Virus record (IMG/VR): IMGVR_UViG_3300020438_000021
Location: 1 to 64,000 of that record
DNA: 64,000 bases
Reading direction: 5' to 3' (one strand)
DNA from: a virus
The notes beneath the pieces are model-generated. The model had not been told where the DNA came from and searched no databases. It saw nothing but the letters and a program-made list of their open reading frames with translations. Both the position numbers and the translations under genes were made by a program. Shown one piece after another: positions 34,912-44,306 of this stretch (its first letter is position 1; each line of letters starts with the position of its first letter).

Positions 34912-35463
34912 ATGAAAACAAATGAAACAGAATATGAAAATGGAATAATAGAAGGATTGGAAGTAAAGGATGAGAATTGGAAGGAGGATATTAGAACTGT
35001 ATTTAACAATATAGAGTTCAACTATCCTTTCCCTGACCCACAGACAGAGGCATTCTACACAGTGATATGGAACAAGTCTCTTGAGGCGTTTGATTCGCCA
35101 AGAGAAGTACAGGTAATCGTAGATGCGAAAGACGACTTGTATATGAGTGTAGGAACTTTCGGATTTGTGAGTTTCAAGAATCAAGGTGAACAACTAGATG
35201 GAATGAAAACCCCCTTGAAATGTTGGATACACACACATCCATTCGGTCAGGCTTTCTTCAGTGGAACTGATTGGAAAACAATCAAGTCATGGAGAGGTAT
35301 GATGGAAAGTGCAACAGTTCTTGGAGATAACCAGTTCATTGCATATGACCCAAAGACCGAGATAGCGAAGAAAGTTCACTATGGTATTTACAGACAAGAG
35401 CCTGTTGAGAAGCCTGAGTGGGTAAAGGCAGCAGAAGATGTATTGGATGGTGAAGAGGAATGA
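34912..35463 (+). CDS. JAB/MPN+ (JAMM) metalloprotease
   Basis: E (REVQV)...WIHTHPFGQAFFSGTD matches E-xn-HxH-x7-S-x2-D. Confidence 0.88.
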   Translation: MKTNETEYENGIIEGLEVKDENWKEDIRTVFNNIEFNYPFPDPQTEAFYTVIWNKSLEAFDSPREVQVIVDAKDDLYMSVGTFGFVSFKNQGEQLDGMKTPLKCWIHTHPFGQAFFSGTDWKTIKSWRGMMESATVLGDNQFIAYDPKTEIAKKVHYGIYRQEPVEKPEWVKAAEDVLDGEEE

Positions 35464-35654
35464 GTAAGAAGTTCTACACGATAGCGTTGCAGTATGATAT
35501 TAGTGGAGACCCATGTGACCCACCACATCATATTGAAGATAGGATGGTTATGCTCATGCAACTAATGCATGAGAGAGGATTCGGTATGGATGTATCCTAC
35601 GGATATGCTGACAAGAAGATAATGAGAACAATTGAGGAAGGTGCTAAGGAATGA
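35460..35654 (+). CDS. hypothetical protein
   Basis: ORF track. Confidence 0.55.
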   Translation: MSKKFYTIALQYDISGDPCDPPHHIEDRMVMLMQLMHERGFGMDVSYGYADKKIMRTIEEGAKE

Positions 35655-35989
35655 ATACTTATTGTGGAATAGCAGATGCTCATGGATTAGAGTCTTTCAT
35701 GGAATGTGAAGGGATAGGTTCTGCTCCTATGACTCTGACAATGAGGGCAAGTCTGAACAGGCAGAGACATGCTTTGGTGTATTGGGTTGAACTACCTGAT
35801 GACAAAGCAGAGCAGATGCATGAGGCAATCAGGCAAGCACAAGCAGATGGAGATTGGCATGAGCCTCTTCTTCTACTAAAGAATCCTGACTTCACGGAGA
35901 CAGTATCCTTTGAGGATTCAATGAAGGGTAGTTGGGATATGATACCCAATGACAAGTTAGACCCATATTGGGGAAGTGATGATGAATGA
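35651..35989 (+). CDS. hypothetical protein (GIADAHGLESF...RA..NRQRHA)
   Basis: ORF track. Confidence 0.7.
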   Translation: MNTYCGIADAHGLESFMECEGIGSAPMTLTMRASLNRQRHALVYWVELPDDKAEQMHEAIRQAQADGDWHEPLLLLKNPDFTETVSFEDSMKGSWDMIPNDKLDPYWGSDDE

Positions 35990-36744
35990 AGTATTGGGCA
36001 TTTGAAATGAAGACAGGTGATGACAAACTCATCAACTGTAATGAGATTGAGAGGGTGTTCCTACTTGGTAAACATCAGGAGTATGATGTGATGTCAGGAA
36101 TTGGTGTAGATGTTATCTATGATAATGTTCAGTTACTAAAGACTGAAATTGTATCAACAGTAAATCCAAAGGAGAACAAGAATTTCAAATCGAATCGAAA
36201 GAAGAAGGACAGTAAGATACCTGTTAGGCATGAGATACGAGCAGGTGGTAAGACGGAGATTGTTCATATCCCTGTCTCTGCTGAACAACGCTTTCAGAAT
36301 AAGAAGGTGAGGGAGTCGGTAGAAGGAACAATAGTGAAGATATTGTCAGATGGTATTAACACAGATTTCTTTGTCAAGAGACATGTAGACGGCTCGCTCT
36401 ATCTTCTACAAGAGGAGAATACCCACCATGAGTATTGGGGTAAGTGGAAGATTCAACCTAACGAATGGGTTCTTTGGAGTGATAACTATGTCAAGAAAGG
36501 AAAGAAGGGTACACCACATGAACATCATCGTTCAGCGTGTTGCTATGCTCCTAACAGAAGGAGACTTGCCAACAAGCCATTTTGTCTAGATTGCGCTGGT
36601 GACACAAAGGTGCAAAGAACAAACAGGAGAATAAACAACGGTGGTCCTGAAAGTAACTTGATTTTTACGAAAGATGGAGAACTAACAACAGCATGGACTC
36701 AACAGAGTCTAGACAGATTAAGACAACAGGAGGATAACGAATGA
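35986..36744 (+). CDS. hypothetical protein with Zn motif
   Basis: ORF track. Confidence 0.65.
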   Translation: MKYWAFEMKTGDDKLINCNEIERVFLLGKHQEYDVMSGIGVDVIYDNVQLLKTEIVSTVNPKENKNFKSNRKKKDSKIPVRHEIRAGGKTEIVHIPVSAEQRFQNKKVRESVEGTIVKILSDGINTDFFVKRHVDGSLYLLQEENTHHEYWGKWKIQPNEWVLWSDNYVKKGKKGTPHEHHRSACCYAPNRRRLANKPFCLDCAGDTKVQRTNRRINNGGPESNLIFTKDGELTTAWTQQSLDRLRQQEDNE

Positions 36745-36971
36745 AAGATAAATATTACAAATTGACGACAGAATCAGGAATGACGACATTGAACATGGCA
36801 GATGTATCAGCATACTCTGTGATAGAAACACCACAGGGAATGTTGAAGAAATCCGTTTACGATGTTGAGATACACTTGAAGAGTGGTACTATCTTTACTA
36901 CTATAATGACAGAAGCAGAGATGATAGTTTGGGAGGATGTATACTTCCCTAAGTCGGTGGTGAACGAATGA
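36741..36971 (+). CDS. hypothetical protein
   Basis: ORF track. Confidence 0.65.
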   Translation: MKDKYYKLTTESGMTTLNMADVSAYSVIETPQGMLKKSVYDVEIHLKSGTIFTTIMTEAEMIVWEDVYFPKSVVNE

Positions 36972-37099
36972 AGAACGGAAGATACGCAAGACATGAAGCA
37001 GCAGTGGAAAGAAAACTTGATGAGATTAAACTACTGTTGGAATTACAGACCAAGTTACTAACAGGCTTGGCATTCACAGAAATGATGGAGGAAGAATAA
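36968..37099 (+). CDS. 43-aa helical micro-protein
   Basis: Translated by hand; coupled overlaps. Confidence 0.5.
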   Translation: MKNGRYARHEAAVERKLDEIKLLLELQTKLLTGLAFTEMMEEE

Positions 37100-37212
37100 T
37101 GAGAGTGAGAATGACTATGGAAAACAGCAGACAGACAACACTAGAGGAATTTGGTTTTACATTTGGAGAGAGACAGACGACTCTAGAAGAGTTCGGTTTC
37201 GTCTTTCAATAG
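37099..37212 (+). CDS. 37-aa micro-protein made of two tandem PIP-box-like motifs (RQTTLEEFGF x2)
   Basis: Translated by hand; GGAGG RBS; TAATG coupling. Confidence 0.65.
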   Translation: MRVRMTMENSRQTTLEEFGFTFGERQTTLEEFGFVFQ

Positions 37213-37252
37213 GATGTAGCAACATATTTATCCTTCCTGTACTTGCGAGAAG

Positions 37253-37735
37253 ATGATTGTGATGACGAACAGCATTAACAAACTATTGACGCTTATGATA
37301 GTAGGTGTATTCCTAGCAGGATGCACAGAAGCATTACCTGACCCACCTGAAGAGGAGTTTGAGGGTCAGATAAATGACAGTGATTGGACTGTATTGGCTG
37401 GCGAGTTTACGCTTGTGATGAATAACAGCAGCAATGAGTCTCTTATTCATGCCCCTACTATTTGGTTAGACACAAACACAACATACGGAGCAATAGAACT
37501 TCAGTCATTTACATACAATATAACGCATCTGTCCTTTGAAGTAATCAACAATTCAGTTATCTTCAGCAATTACAGTTGGGTAGACATGCAAGGCTACTTG
37601 ATTCAAGGAGGCATGTATTGGTCAAGTGGTTTTGCTCCTGAGTTCGGAAACGCAACCCTGCACTTTGCAGCCTTCCCATTCGATGTTACAGTTGAGTATG
37701 AACTGGTATACAGAGTATGGGATGGCAGACAATGA
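37253..37735 (+). CDS. predicted lipoprotein / surface protein
   Basis: Hydrophobic signal + FLAGC lipobox; several N-x-S/T sequons. Confidence 0.7.
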   Translation: MIVMTNSINKLLTLMIVGVFLAGCTEALPDPPEEEFEGQINDSDWTVLAGEFTLVMNNSSNESLIHAPTIWLDTNTTYGAIELQSFTYNITHLSFEVINNSVIFSNYSWVDMQGYLIQGGMYWSSGFAPEFGNATLHFAAFPFDVTVEYELVYRVWDGRQ

Positions 37736-38130
37736 AGAAAGCAGTAACTGTACGCTTTCCTGCTCCGCTACCTGCGGAGATAGAGTGTCCTATTTGTTTA
37801 GGAAACAAGTGTGTAGTCTGTGAAATGTCAGGTAAGATAAAGGTCACAGTTGATGCTAAAGTACCTATTCAAAGACATCTGATTGTACAGTATATTGCTG
37901 AACACATGGATGAGGTTGCTAATGAACTATCACAGAAGTTTGGTCTTATACCTGATATAGAGACTGAGGATATGTTTGAGGTTGAAGGTAGAACATATGA
38001 ACTAGTAAAGATAAGTAGTCTTGGTGGTGTTGTATGGGTAGCACACAGAATAGATGCACAGGAATCTCCACGATACTTTAAGTCGTGGAAAAACTTACAG
38101 CAGTTTAAGGGTGGTTGGCTTGAAGGATGA
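37732..38130 (+). CDS. DnaJ-type Zn-finger protein
   Basis: CPICLGNKCVVCEMSG. Confidence 0.6.
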   Translation: MKKAVTVRFPAPLPAEIECPICLGNKCVVCEMSGKIKVTVDAKVPIQRHLIVQYIAEHMDEVANELSQKFGLIPDIETEDMFEVEGRTYELVKISSLGGVVWVAHRIDAQESPRYFKSWKNLQQFKGGWLEG

Positions 38131-38356
38131 AAAAATAATGGTAAGAATACCAAGAAACGGAAATGAAGAACTAACAGTAAGAACAGGTAACTATTGGAAT
38201 GTTGACATAGTTGACATTCGTTGGTATGCTAACGGAACACCAACAAAGAAAGGCGTTAGAATGAATATGAAAGAAATGAAAGATGTCGCTAAGGCATTGA
38301 ATAAGATAATTGAGAGGAATAAAAATGACAATGATACGATTCAGCAGGATGTGTGA
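38120..38356 (+). CDS. PC4-like ssDNA-binding / coactivator protein
   Basis: VDIRWY...PTKKGVRM. Confidence 0.75.
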   Translation: MKDEKIMVRIPRNGNEELTVRTGNYWNVDIVDIRWYANGTPTKKGVRMNMKEMKDVAKALNKIIERNKNDNDTIQQDV

Positions 38357-39857
38357 AGCACTAGAAGACAGAACACCATCAGAAAAAAGACATATGATAT
38401 GTGCGACTCTACCTCATTTCAAGGATAAGAAGTCAGCAATCAAGATTCTATCGATAGATTATGAGAAGAATAACATCGGTGAGAAGAAGGCCATAAAATG
38501 GCTTGCTAATATGTTCGATGTCTTTGAGGATGAGATTCAGGATTCAGTATACACTTGGATGGACTTAGGAGAAGGAATGAAGGAGTTCGTAAGTCAAAAC
38601 AGACCTGACTCCACTTTCACCCTAGCAGAGATATTGAGACTGTTGGAATTGAACTGCTCTTCACTAAGCAAGGATGGTAACTATTCATTGATACGAGAAG
38701 CAATATCACAGATGTCTGCTTTAGAGATGAAGTGGTTTATTCGCTACTGGTTGAGAACACCTAGAAACGGAGTCAACAAAAGCACAGTGGAGAAAGCAAT
38801 GGGAGACTACTATCAGTGTGATATGAAGAAGTATACGATAAGTCATTCACTGACCAGTCTTGTAGACTATCTAGAGAATGACCTAGAACCACCTGAACTG
38901 GTGCATGGTAACTTCGTCAAACCGATGCTTGCCAAGAAATACTTGGGTAAACTACCTGAGAGTTTCATAATGGATGTGAAGTACGATGGTAATCGCTATC
39001 AGATACATGGAAAGGATGATGATGTTATCATCTTCAACCGTAAGGGTAAGATTGTAACAGAGCAATATGCAGATATCGTAGCGATAGTGAATGAGTGGGA
39101 AGCAAATGACTTCATCTTGGATACTGAGATTTATCCAATAACAAGAGATGGTAGTCCTGCTCCTCATCAGGCTCTTGCAACAAGAGTGCATTCAAAGGAC
39201 AAGCAACAGGCCATATCACAATGTCCTGTGAAGTTGGTTGTATTCGACTGCCTGTTGTATCAAGGTCAGTCTATTCTAAATGATACATATGGCGATAGGC
39301 TAGAGTATCTAGAAACCATTGTTCCAACGGAGTTCGTGACTCAGACATTTAGACATGGTAACGTGGATGCTGCGTATAATGTGGCAATCAATGGTGGCTT
39401 TGAAGGTGTGATGATAAAGGACTTGAATGCTTCTTATCAGTCAAAGAGAACTGTCTCGCTCTTGAAGTATAAGCCACCAAGAGTAGAACTGGATGTTGTC
39501 ATAACATCAGGAGAATACGGCAAAGGAAAGAGGGCAGGTGTGATAGGCACATACGGAGTTAGCGTTAAAGATGGCTCGGATTATGTGAACATCGGTAAGA
39601 TTGGTAGTGGTATATCAGAGGAAGAGATGTATTCACTAGATACTCAATTGAAGCGAATAGTTGATAGTTTCAGTGGTGGAACATATTACTTCTTACCTAG
39701 AATAGTCCTTGAGGTTACTTGTGATTTAATCAGTCAGAATCAGGATGGCACTTATGGTATGAGGTTTCCAAGAATACTAAGAATAAGAGATGACAAGTAT
39801 CCTAGTGATTGCAATACTATCGAGGATGTAGTAGAACAGTGTAGCAACATATATTGA
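38325..39857 (+). CDS. lig: ATP-dependent DNA ligase
   Basis: PMLA, KYDGNR, LDTE, FDCL, EGVMIK, KYKP, RFPR; N-terminal DNA-binding domain. Confidence 0.93.
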   Translation: MTMIRFSRMCEALEDRTPSEKRHMICATLPHFKDKKSAIKILSIDYEKNNIGEKKAIKWLANMFDVFEDEIQDSVYTWMDLGEGMKEFVSQNRPDSTFTLAEILRLLELNCSSLSKDGNYSLIREAISQMSALEMKWFIRYWLRTPRNGVNKSTVEKAMGDYYQCDMKKYTISHSLTSLVDYLENDLEPPELVHGNFVKPMLAKKYLGKLPESFIMDVKYDGNRYQIHGKDDDVIIFNRKGKIVTEQYADIVAIVNEWEANDFILDTEIYPITRDGSPAPHQALATRVHSKDKQQAISQCPVKLVVFDCLLYQGQSILNDTYGDRLEYLETIVPTEFVTQTFRHGNVDAAYNVAINGGFEGVMIKDLNASYQSKRTVSLLKYKPPRVELDVVITSGEYGKGKRAGVIGTYGVSVKDGSDYVNIGKIGSGISEEEMYSLDTQLKRIVDSFSGGTYYFLPRIVLEVTCDLISQNQDGTYGMRFPRILRIRDDKYPSDCNTIEDVVEQCSNIY

Positions 39858-39878
39858 CTCTAACTACATCGGAGTATC

Positions 39879-40274
39879 ATGTATGGTAAGGATGTATTGA
39901 ATGGTATCCTTATTTCTATTGGTAATCCTGAAGTTAACATTGTCAACAGTAACAAGTCAAAACTAGGTTATCGTGTCAGACTCAGAGTTTGCATACGAGG
40001 TAAAGACACATTCCTTTGGGGTATCAACCGTTCACTACTGCAACATGAAATCGAGTCTAATTACAAAGACAAGGAACATAGTGGAAGACCCAAACCAATA
40101 CTGGTAATCAGTGGTTTGGATAATCTAACTAGGCTAGTGGATATGATGGACAGCAAACTAATCGCTAACAGTGATTGGGATACGTTCATTGCTTCACTTA
40201 GAATGATAAAGGAAAAAGAGCATCTGAAAGCCGAAGGACTTGAGAAGATACTCAAGATGAAGGGGCTTGTCTGA
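39879..40274 (+). CDS. degenerate single-domain LAGLIDADG protein, probably nuclease-inactive
   Basis: LNGILISIG...GYRVRL...EHLKAEGLEKILKMK. Confidence 0.65.
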   Translation: MYGKDVLNGILISIGNPEVNIVNSNKSKLGYRVRLRVCIRGKDTFLWGINRSLLQHEIESNYKDKEHSGRPKPILVISGLDNLTRLVDMMDSKLIANSDWDTFIASLRMIKEKEHLKAEGLEKILKMKGLV

Positions 40275-40585
40275 TGCTATGTCCTAGATGTAATCTAAGA
40301 GAAACAGAGGTATCTCTCTGTTCTGTTTGTATGTTGAAAATACAGATGAGAAAACCTGAACATACAACAGATGATGAAATTGTAAACCACCATGTCATGC
40401 AACGAATAAAGGAAGGTTGCAGGGAATGTGGTAGTCACTCCTTTGCTTATGAGGCAGGAGTGAAAGAAGAGAACGGACTAAAGTGGTATGTCATTTTAGT
40501 TTCGTGTGGGGCGTGTAACAAAGCCTATGAAGAAATAATGGAAGTGAGGGTAGATGAGCCTATTGAATATGCAGAATCAGAATAG
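40274..40585 (+). CDS. double Zn-finger protein
   Basis: Four CxxC pairs. Confidence 0.65.
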   Translation: MLCPRCNLRETEVSLCSVCMLKIQMRKPEHTTDDEIVNHHVMQRIKEGCRECGSHSFAYEAGVKEENGLKWYVILVSCGACNKAYEEIMEVRVDEPIEYAESE

Positions 40586-41405
40586 AACAATAATAATAGT
40601 CGGCAAAGATGGAACAGATAAATTGGAAAAGGCAATGAAACTTGTATCTGAAGAACCAATTGTAATGTATGCCAATGAGTTTGATATCGAAGACAATTAC
40701 AGTATACCTGCTGATGTGGGAATCATTATCAGAGAATGTAATTACAAACCTAATGTCGAGTTAATCAGAAGAACCATTCTAGAATACAGAGGTCAAGTGG
40801 TTCTCACATCAATCAATCAGAAAGATGTGCCAAAGAAACTGTTTAACCTATGCAAGTTGAGGCGTGGCAAGAAACTTGATGTTGATATTATCAAGGAGTT
40901 AGCACCACGCTCTGATGACCCTCATAACTATGATACTGATATCTTCTCCTTGGTTGGGGACTATCTGAGAAACCCTGATAGGGATTTGATAATGCAGAGT
41001 CTTAAGATTAGCAAACCAGCAGACATTCAGTTTGTCTCTTGGTTAGCACCGAACATCCATCCTAACAAGTTGATGTTCGTTGATGCGAAGGTGAAGAGAA
41101 GGTGGAGTTCAGACTACTTCTACGAAATGCTCGCTTATTCCCATGACGGGAGAATGCAAAGGAAGATGACTCCACCACAAAGAAAGGCATATTCTACAAT
41201 ACCGAAAATTTTGAGGAAGTTAAAAATGCGACATTCTGATGTTTATCTTTTCAAGGACTTAATGAAAAACCCTGATTTTAGAGAACATTGTAGAAAGACA
41301 CTCTCATCCTCCGAAACTAGAACGTTAGGACTAGGTGAGAAAAAGAGAAGAACAAAAACAACACCAGTCACACCAACTGTCGGATTATCGAGGTGGTTAA
41401 ACTGA
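40554..41405 (+). CDS. replication factor C large-subunit-like protein (degenerate AAA+)
   Basis: IIIVGKDGTDK degenerate P-loop; adjacent to RFC-S; PIP-like C-terminus VGLSRWL. Confidence 0.6.
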   Translation: MSLLNMQNQNRTIIIVGKDGTDKLEKAMKLVSEEPIVMYANEFDIEDNYSIPADVGIIIRECNYKPNVELIRRTILEYRGQVVLTSINQKDVPKKLFNLCKLRRGKKLDVDIIKELAPRSDDPHNYDTDIFSLVGDYLRNPDRDLIMQSLKISKPADIQFVSWLAPNIHPNKLMFVDAKVKRRWSSDYFYEMLAYSHDGRMQRKMTPPQRKAYSTIPKILRKLKMRHSDVYLFKDLMKNPDFREHCRKTLSSSETRTLGLGEKKRRTKTTPVTPTVGLSRWLN

Positions 41406-41525
41406 GCGACTATCATTGCAAGTGTGATAAGAGCAGGTGGAGTATTCACGCCTTCCACTATGGGAGGTGTATAACTTGCAACAATTGGATATCGGTGAAT
41501 GATATCTTAGATATATGGAATAAAA

Positions 41526-42452
41526 ATGGAGAAGATGAAAATGTTATGGACAGAGAAATACAGACCAAAGAGAATTGCTGATGTAGTAGGACAGTATAAC
41601 TTTACGATAGATGCAGAGAGTTGGGTAGAGCAGAACAATATGCCCAATGTTCTATTGTACGGTGTAGCAGGGGTCGGAAAAACGGCTGCTGGTATTGCCC
41701 TCGCTAATGATATGTTGAAGGAAGATAAGGACAATAACTTCTTTGAAATAAATGCATCAGATGACAGGAGACTAGAGACAGTCAGAAATCAAATCAAGGA
41801 GATTGCTTCAACGAAGAAGATTGGCAATGTCCCATTCAAGATTATACTTCTTGATGAGATGGATGGTATGACTAAGGATGCTCAGAATGCATTGAAGAGA
41901 ATCATGGAGAGATATGCTGAGAATGTCAGATTCATTATTACATGTAATGAGAGACACAGGATAATTCATCCGTTGCAGTCTAGGTGTGCTAACTATGCAT
42001 TCCATAGACTGAAGCCACAGTCAATGCATATTCTTCTAACTAGGATATTAGATAGTGAGCAGATTACACATGTAACAAGTGATGAGTTAGAAACTTTCAT
42101 AGACTCCTTACATGGAGACATGAGAAGAGGGCTTACTGAACTTCAGGCTGCTATCTACGGTAAGTCCTCACTGTTGAATCAAATTGACAAGAACTTAGAA
42201 CCATATACCGAAATAATGCAAATGATTGATGATAATAAGTATGAAAATAGTTTAGGTAAGGTGCATGAGTTGTTGTATAATTCGGTGGATATGAAGACAG
42301 TGTGCATTAATTTGCATGATGTTATCATTAAAACGGATATGCAATCCGCCAAGAAGTTCAAAATGCTTAGGGTTATCGGAGAGGCTGAGTGGCGGAGTAG
42401 TAGTATGACCCCTAAACTACTAGCGTCTTGGATGATAGGTCAGTTGATGTGA
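41526..42452 (+). CDS. rfcS: replication factor C small subunit
   Basis: WTEKYRP, GVAGVGKT, EINASD, LLDEMD, SRC. Confidence 0.93.
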   Translation: MEKMKMLWTEKYRPKRIADVVGQYNFTIDAESWVEQNNMPNVLLYGVAGVGKTAAGIALANDMLKEDKDNNFFEINASDDRRLETVRNQIKEIASTKKIGNVPFKIILLDEMDGMTKDAQNALKRIMERYAENVRFIITCNERHRIIHPLQSRCANYAFHRLKPQSMHILLTRILDSEQITHVTSDELETFIDSLHGDMRRGLTELQAAIYGKSSLLNQIDKNLEPYTEIMQMIDDNKYENSLGKVHELLYNSVDMKTVCINLHDVIIKTDMQSAKKFKMLRVIGEAEWRSSSMTPKLLASWMIGQLM

Positions 42453-42543
42453 TGGCAGAAATAATATTGGGGATACTGATATTGAGGCAGTTTTTGAAAT
42501 GGCTAGATTCCCCAAAAAGGAGATTTTAAAATGAGGTATAAAT

Positions 42544-42798
42544 ATGAAAATGGATTTGAACAAAGACGGCGTAGTGGATATTGAAGATATCAAACATCTA
42601 CTACTTCGGTATGAGATAATAGCGTTAGGCGGTGCATTGCTGATTGTACTGCCTATATTAAACACGCTAGGTTACATCAGCGTAGATTCCAATTTCTTTT
42701 GGATATTGTGTGGCGTAGTCATGCTGACAGAAGGATTAGTGGAAATAAAACACGAAAGAAAGAGAATAAAAACAAAGGAGGAAAATGAAAATGAATGA
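42544..42798 (+). CDS. two-TM membrane protein with DLNKDGVVD EF-hand-like N-terminus
   Basis: Hydrophobicity pattern; DxNxDG motif. Confidence 0.65.
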   Translation: MKMDLNKDGVVDIEDIKHLLLRYEIIALGGALLIVLPILNTLGYISVDSNFFWILCGVVMLTEGLVEIKHERKRIKTKEENENE

Positions 42799-44020
42799 TG
42801 AAATAATGAATGAAATTGAGAAAGCAGCAGAACTGCTAGGGATGTCCCTAGACGATGCGAAAGCGAGGTTCGAGGAGATATGCTCCAAGAACAACGTTGA
42901 CGCAGATAAAGAGCCTTTACTGGCTCGAAGTCTTTGGAGACAGTTCTTTAGTAATTCTCGTAATGTAATAAAGAGACAACAGACGCAACCAACAGGACAA
43001 GATAGTAACAGCCTATACAAGAAAGCCTTCGGCTTTTTCGTAGCACTGAACGATGCTATTGACATGTCAGCACGAAGTCGTGAGAGACTAACTAACGAGT
43101 ATATGCGTGACAGTGATATGACTTACTCTCTAGGAAGAGTCGCTATCTTCACTGAAGACGGTGATGGGTATGAAGCAAGAATGATGCGTGACGGTGAAGA
43201 GATTGTCAAGCACATGAAGAAGTTGCCTGAGAACAATGTAGAAGTTGACAGTGGTAGATTCATTGTCCCACTTGACACACGACAAGGTGACTGGAACAAG
43301 AACTATGGTAAGCCACAACCTGCATCTGAGTATCAGAGAAAGGGAGTATTCGTTGGTGAGATAGATGGCAAAATGGGTAAGTATTTCTTCTCCTACAAGA
43401 AGGAACACAGTGTCAACTTCCAACCTAATACCTTTGAGTTTGTTCACTTCGATGTGATACCAAACTCTAACAGGGAAGACCTGATTCATGGTGGAGCAAA
43501 CCAAACTGTTGAGTCGTTGGTATACAATGCTGACTTAGCAGATGGCTCTGAGATGAAGAGGGATGTATCTCAGATAGTTATGTCTGATGCTATGATGGAA
43601 TACTGTGGTGGTAATTACAGTCCATTGATTGCTTTAGACAAGTATCATCAGACTGCTAATAACAAGGCTAATTGGGATGACAGGTTCGTGTTTACCGATG
43701 GCACAGTTAACAGCATCAATGTAACACCCACAGCAAACGGTAACAGGATATTGAATCTTGATGACCTGAACACCGACTTTGACTTTGACAACGATGGTTG
43801 GAGCGGCACTACTTGCTGGATTCCTGAGAACATACCGATTGACTTTGGGATAGGTTCACAGGTTCTAGTCGTTGGTCGAACATCTCAGGGTGTTGACCAA
43901 GAAGGTAACATCCGACCTGTTAGCATCAATGTTGCTGGTCTTCATGTGATTAGCAGCAGAGGCGGAAGTGCTGAAGAAGTAGAATTTATCGATGAGTCTG
44001 AAGACTGGTTCTTCGAGTAG
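42785..44020 (+). CDS. RPA/SSB-like OB-fold protein
   Basis: C-terminal OB-like strands (GTV...VLVVGRT); acidic-aromatic tail SEDWFFE; replisome context. Confidence 0.65.
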   Translation: MKMNDEIMNEIEKAAELLGMSLDDAKARFEEICSKNNVDADKEPLLARSLWRQFFSNSRNVIKRQQTQPTGQDSNSLYKKAFGFFVALNDAIDMSARSRERLTNEYMRDSDMTYSLGRVAIFTEDGDGYEARMMRDGEEIVKHMKKLPENNVEVDSGRFIVPLDTRQGDWNKNYGKPQPASEYQRKGVFVGEIDGKMGKYFFSYKKEHSVNFQPNTFEFVHFDVIPNSNREDLIHGGANQTVESLVYNADLADGSEMKRDVSQIVMSDAMMEYCGGNYSPLIALDKYHQTANNKANWDDRFVFTDGTVNSINVTPTANGNRILNLDDLNTDFDFDNDGWSGTTCWIPENIPIDFGIGSQVLVVGRTSQGVDQEGNIRPVSINVAGLHVISSRGGSAEEVEFIDESEDWFFE

Positions 44021-44033
44021 GCAGGTGACGTAA

Positions 44034-44306
44034 ATGGAATGCAGTATGAGTGCTGATTCCAATGGAGGTCTCGTCATTCATGGGAGAAGTTTCGCCTTCC
44101 TCATGGATGATGTAGACTTCCTAACTTGGAAGTACAATCCCGATACAGGAGACTATTGGACTAAGTTCCACTTTGTCTCTAAGGACGTAAGAGTGAAACT
44201 ATCTCTTACGGAACTTAACGAACTATTAGAACAATGGAAGGGTATTACATTTGACCCTAATGAATATAAAAATGGTGATAGATATGAGTTGGACAACAAC
44301 AGATAA
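44034..44306 (+). CDS. hypothetical protein
   Basis: ORF track. Confidence 0.6.
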   Translation: MECSMSADSNGGLVIHGRSFAFLMDDVDFLTWKYNPDTGDYWTKFHFVSKDVRVKLSLTELNELLEQWKGITFDPNEYKNGDRYELDNNR

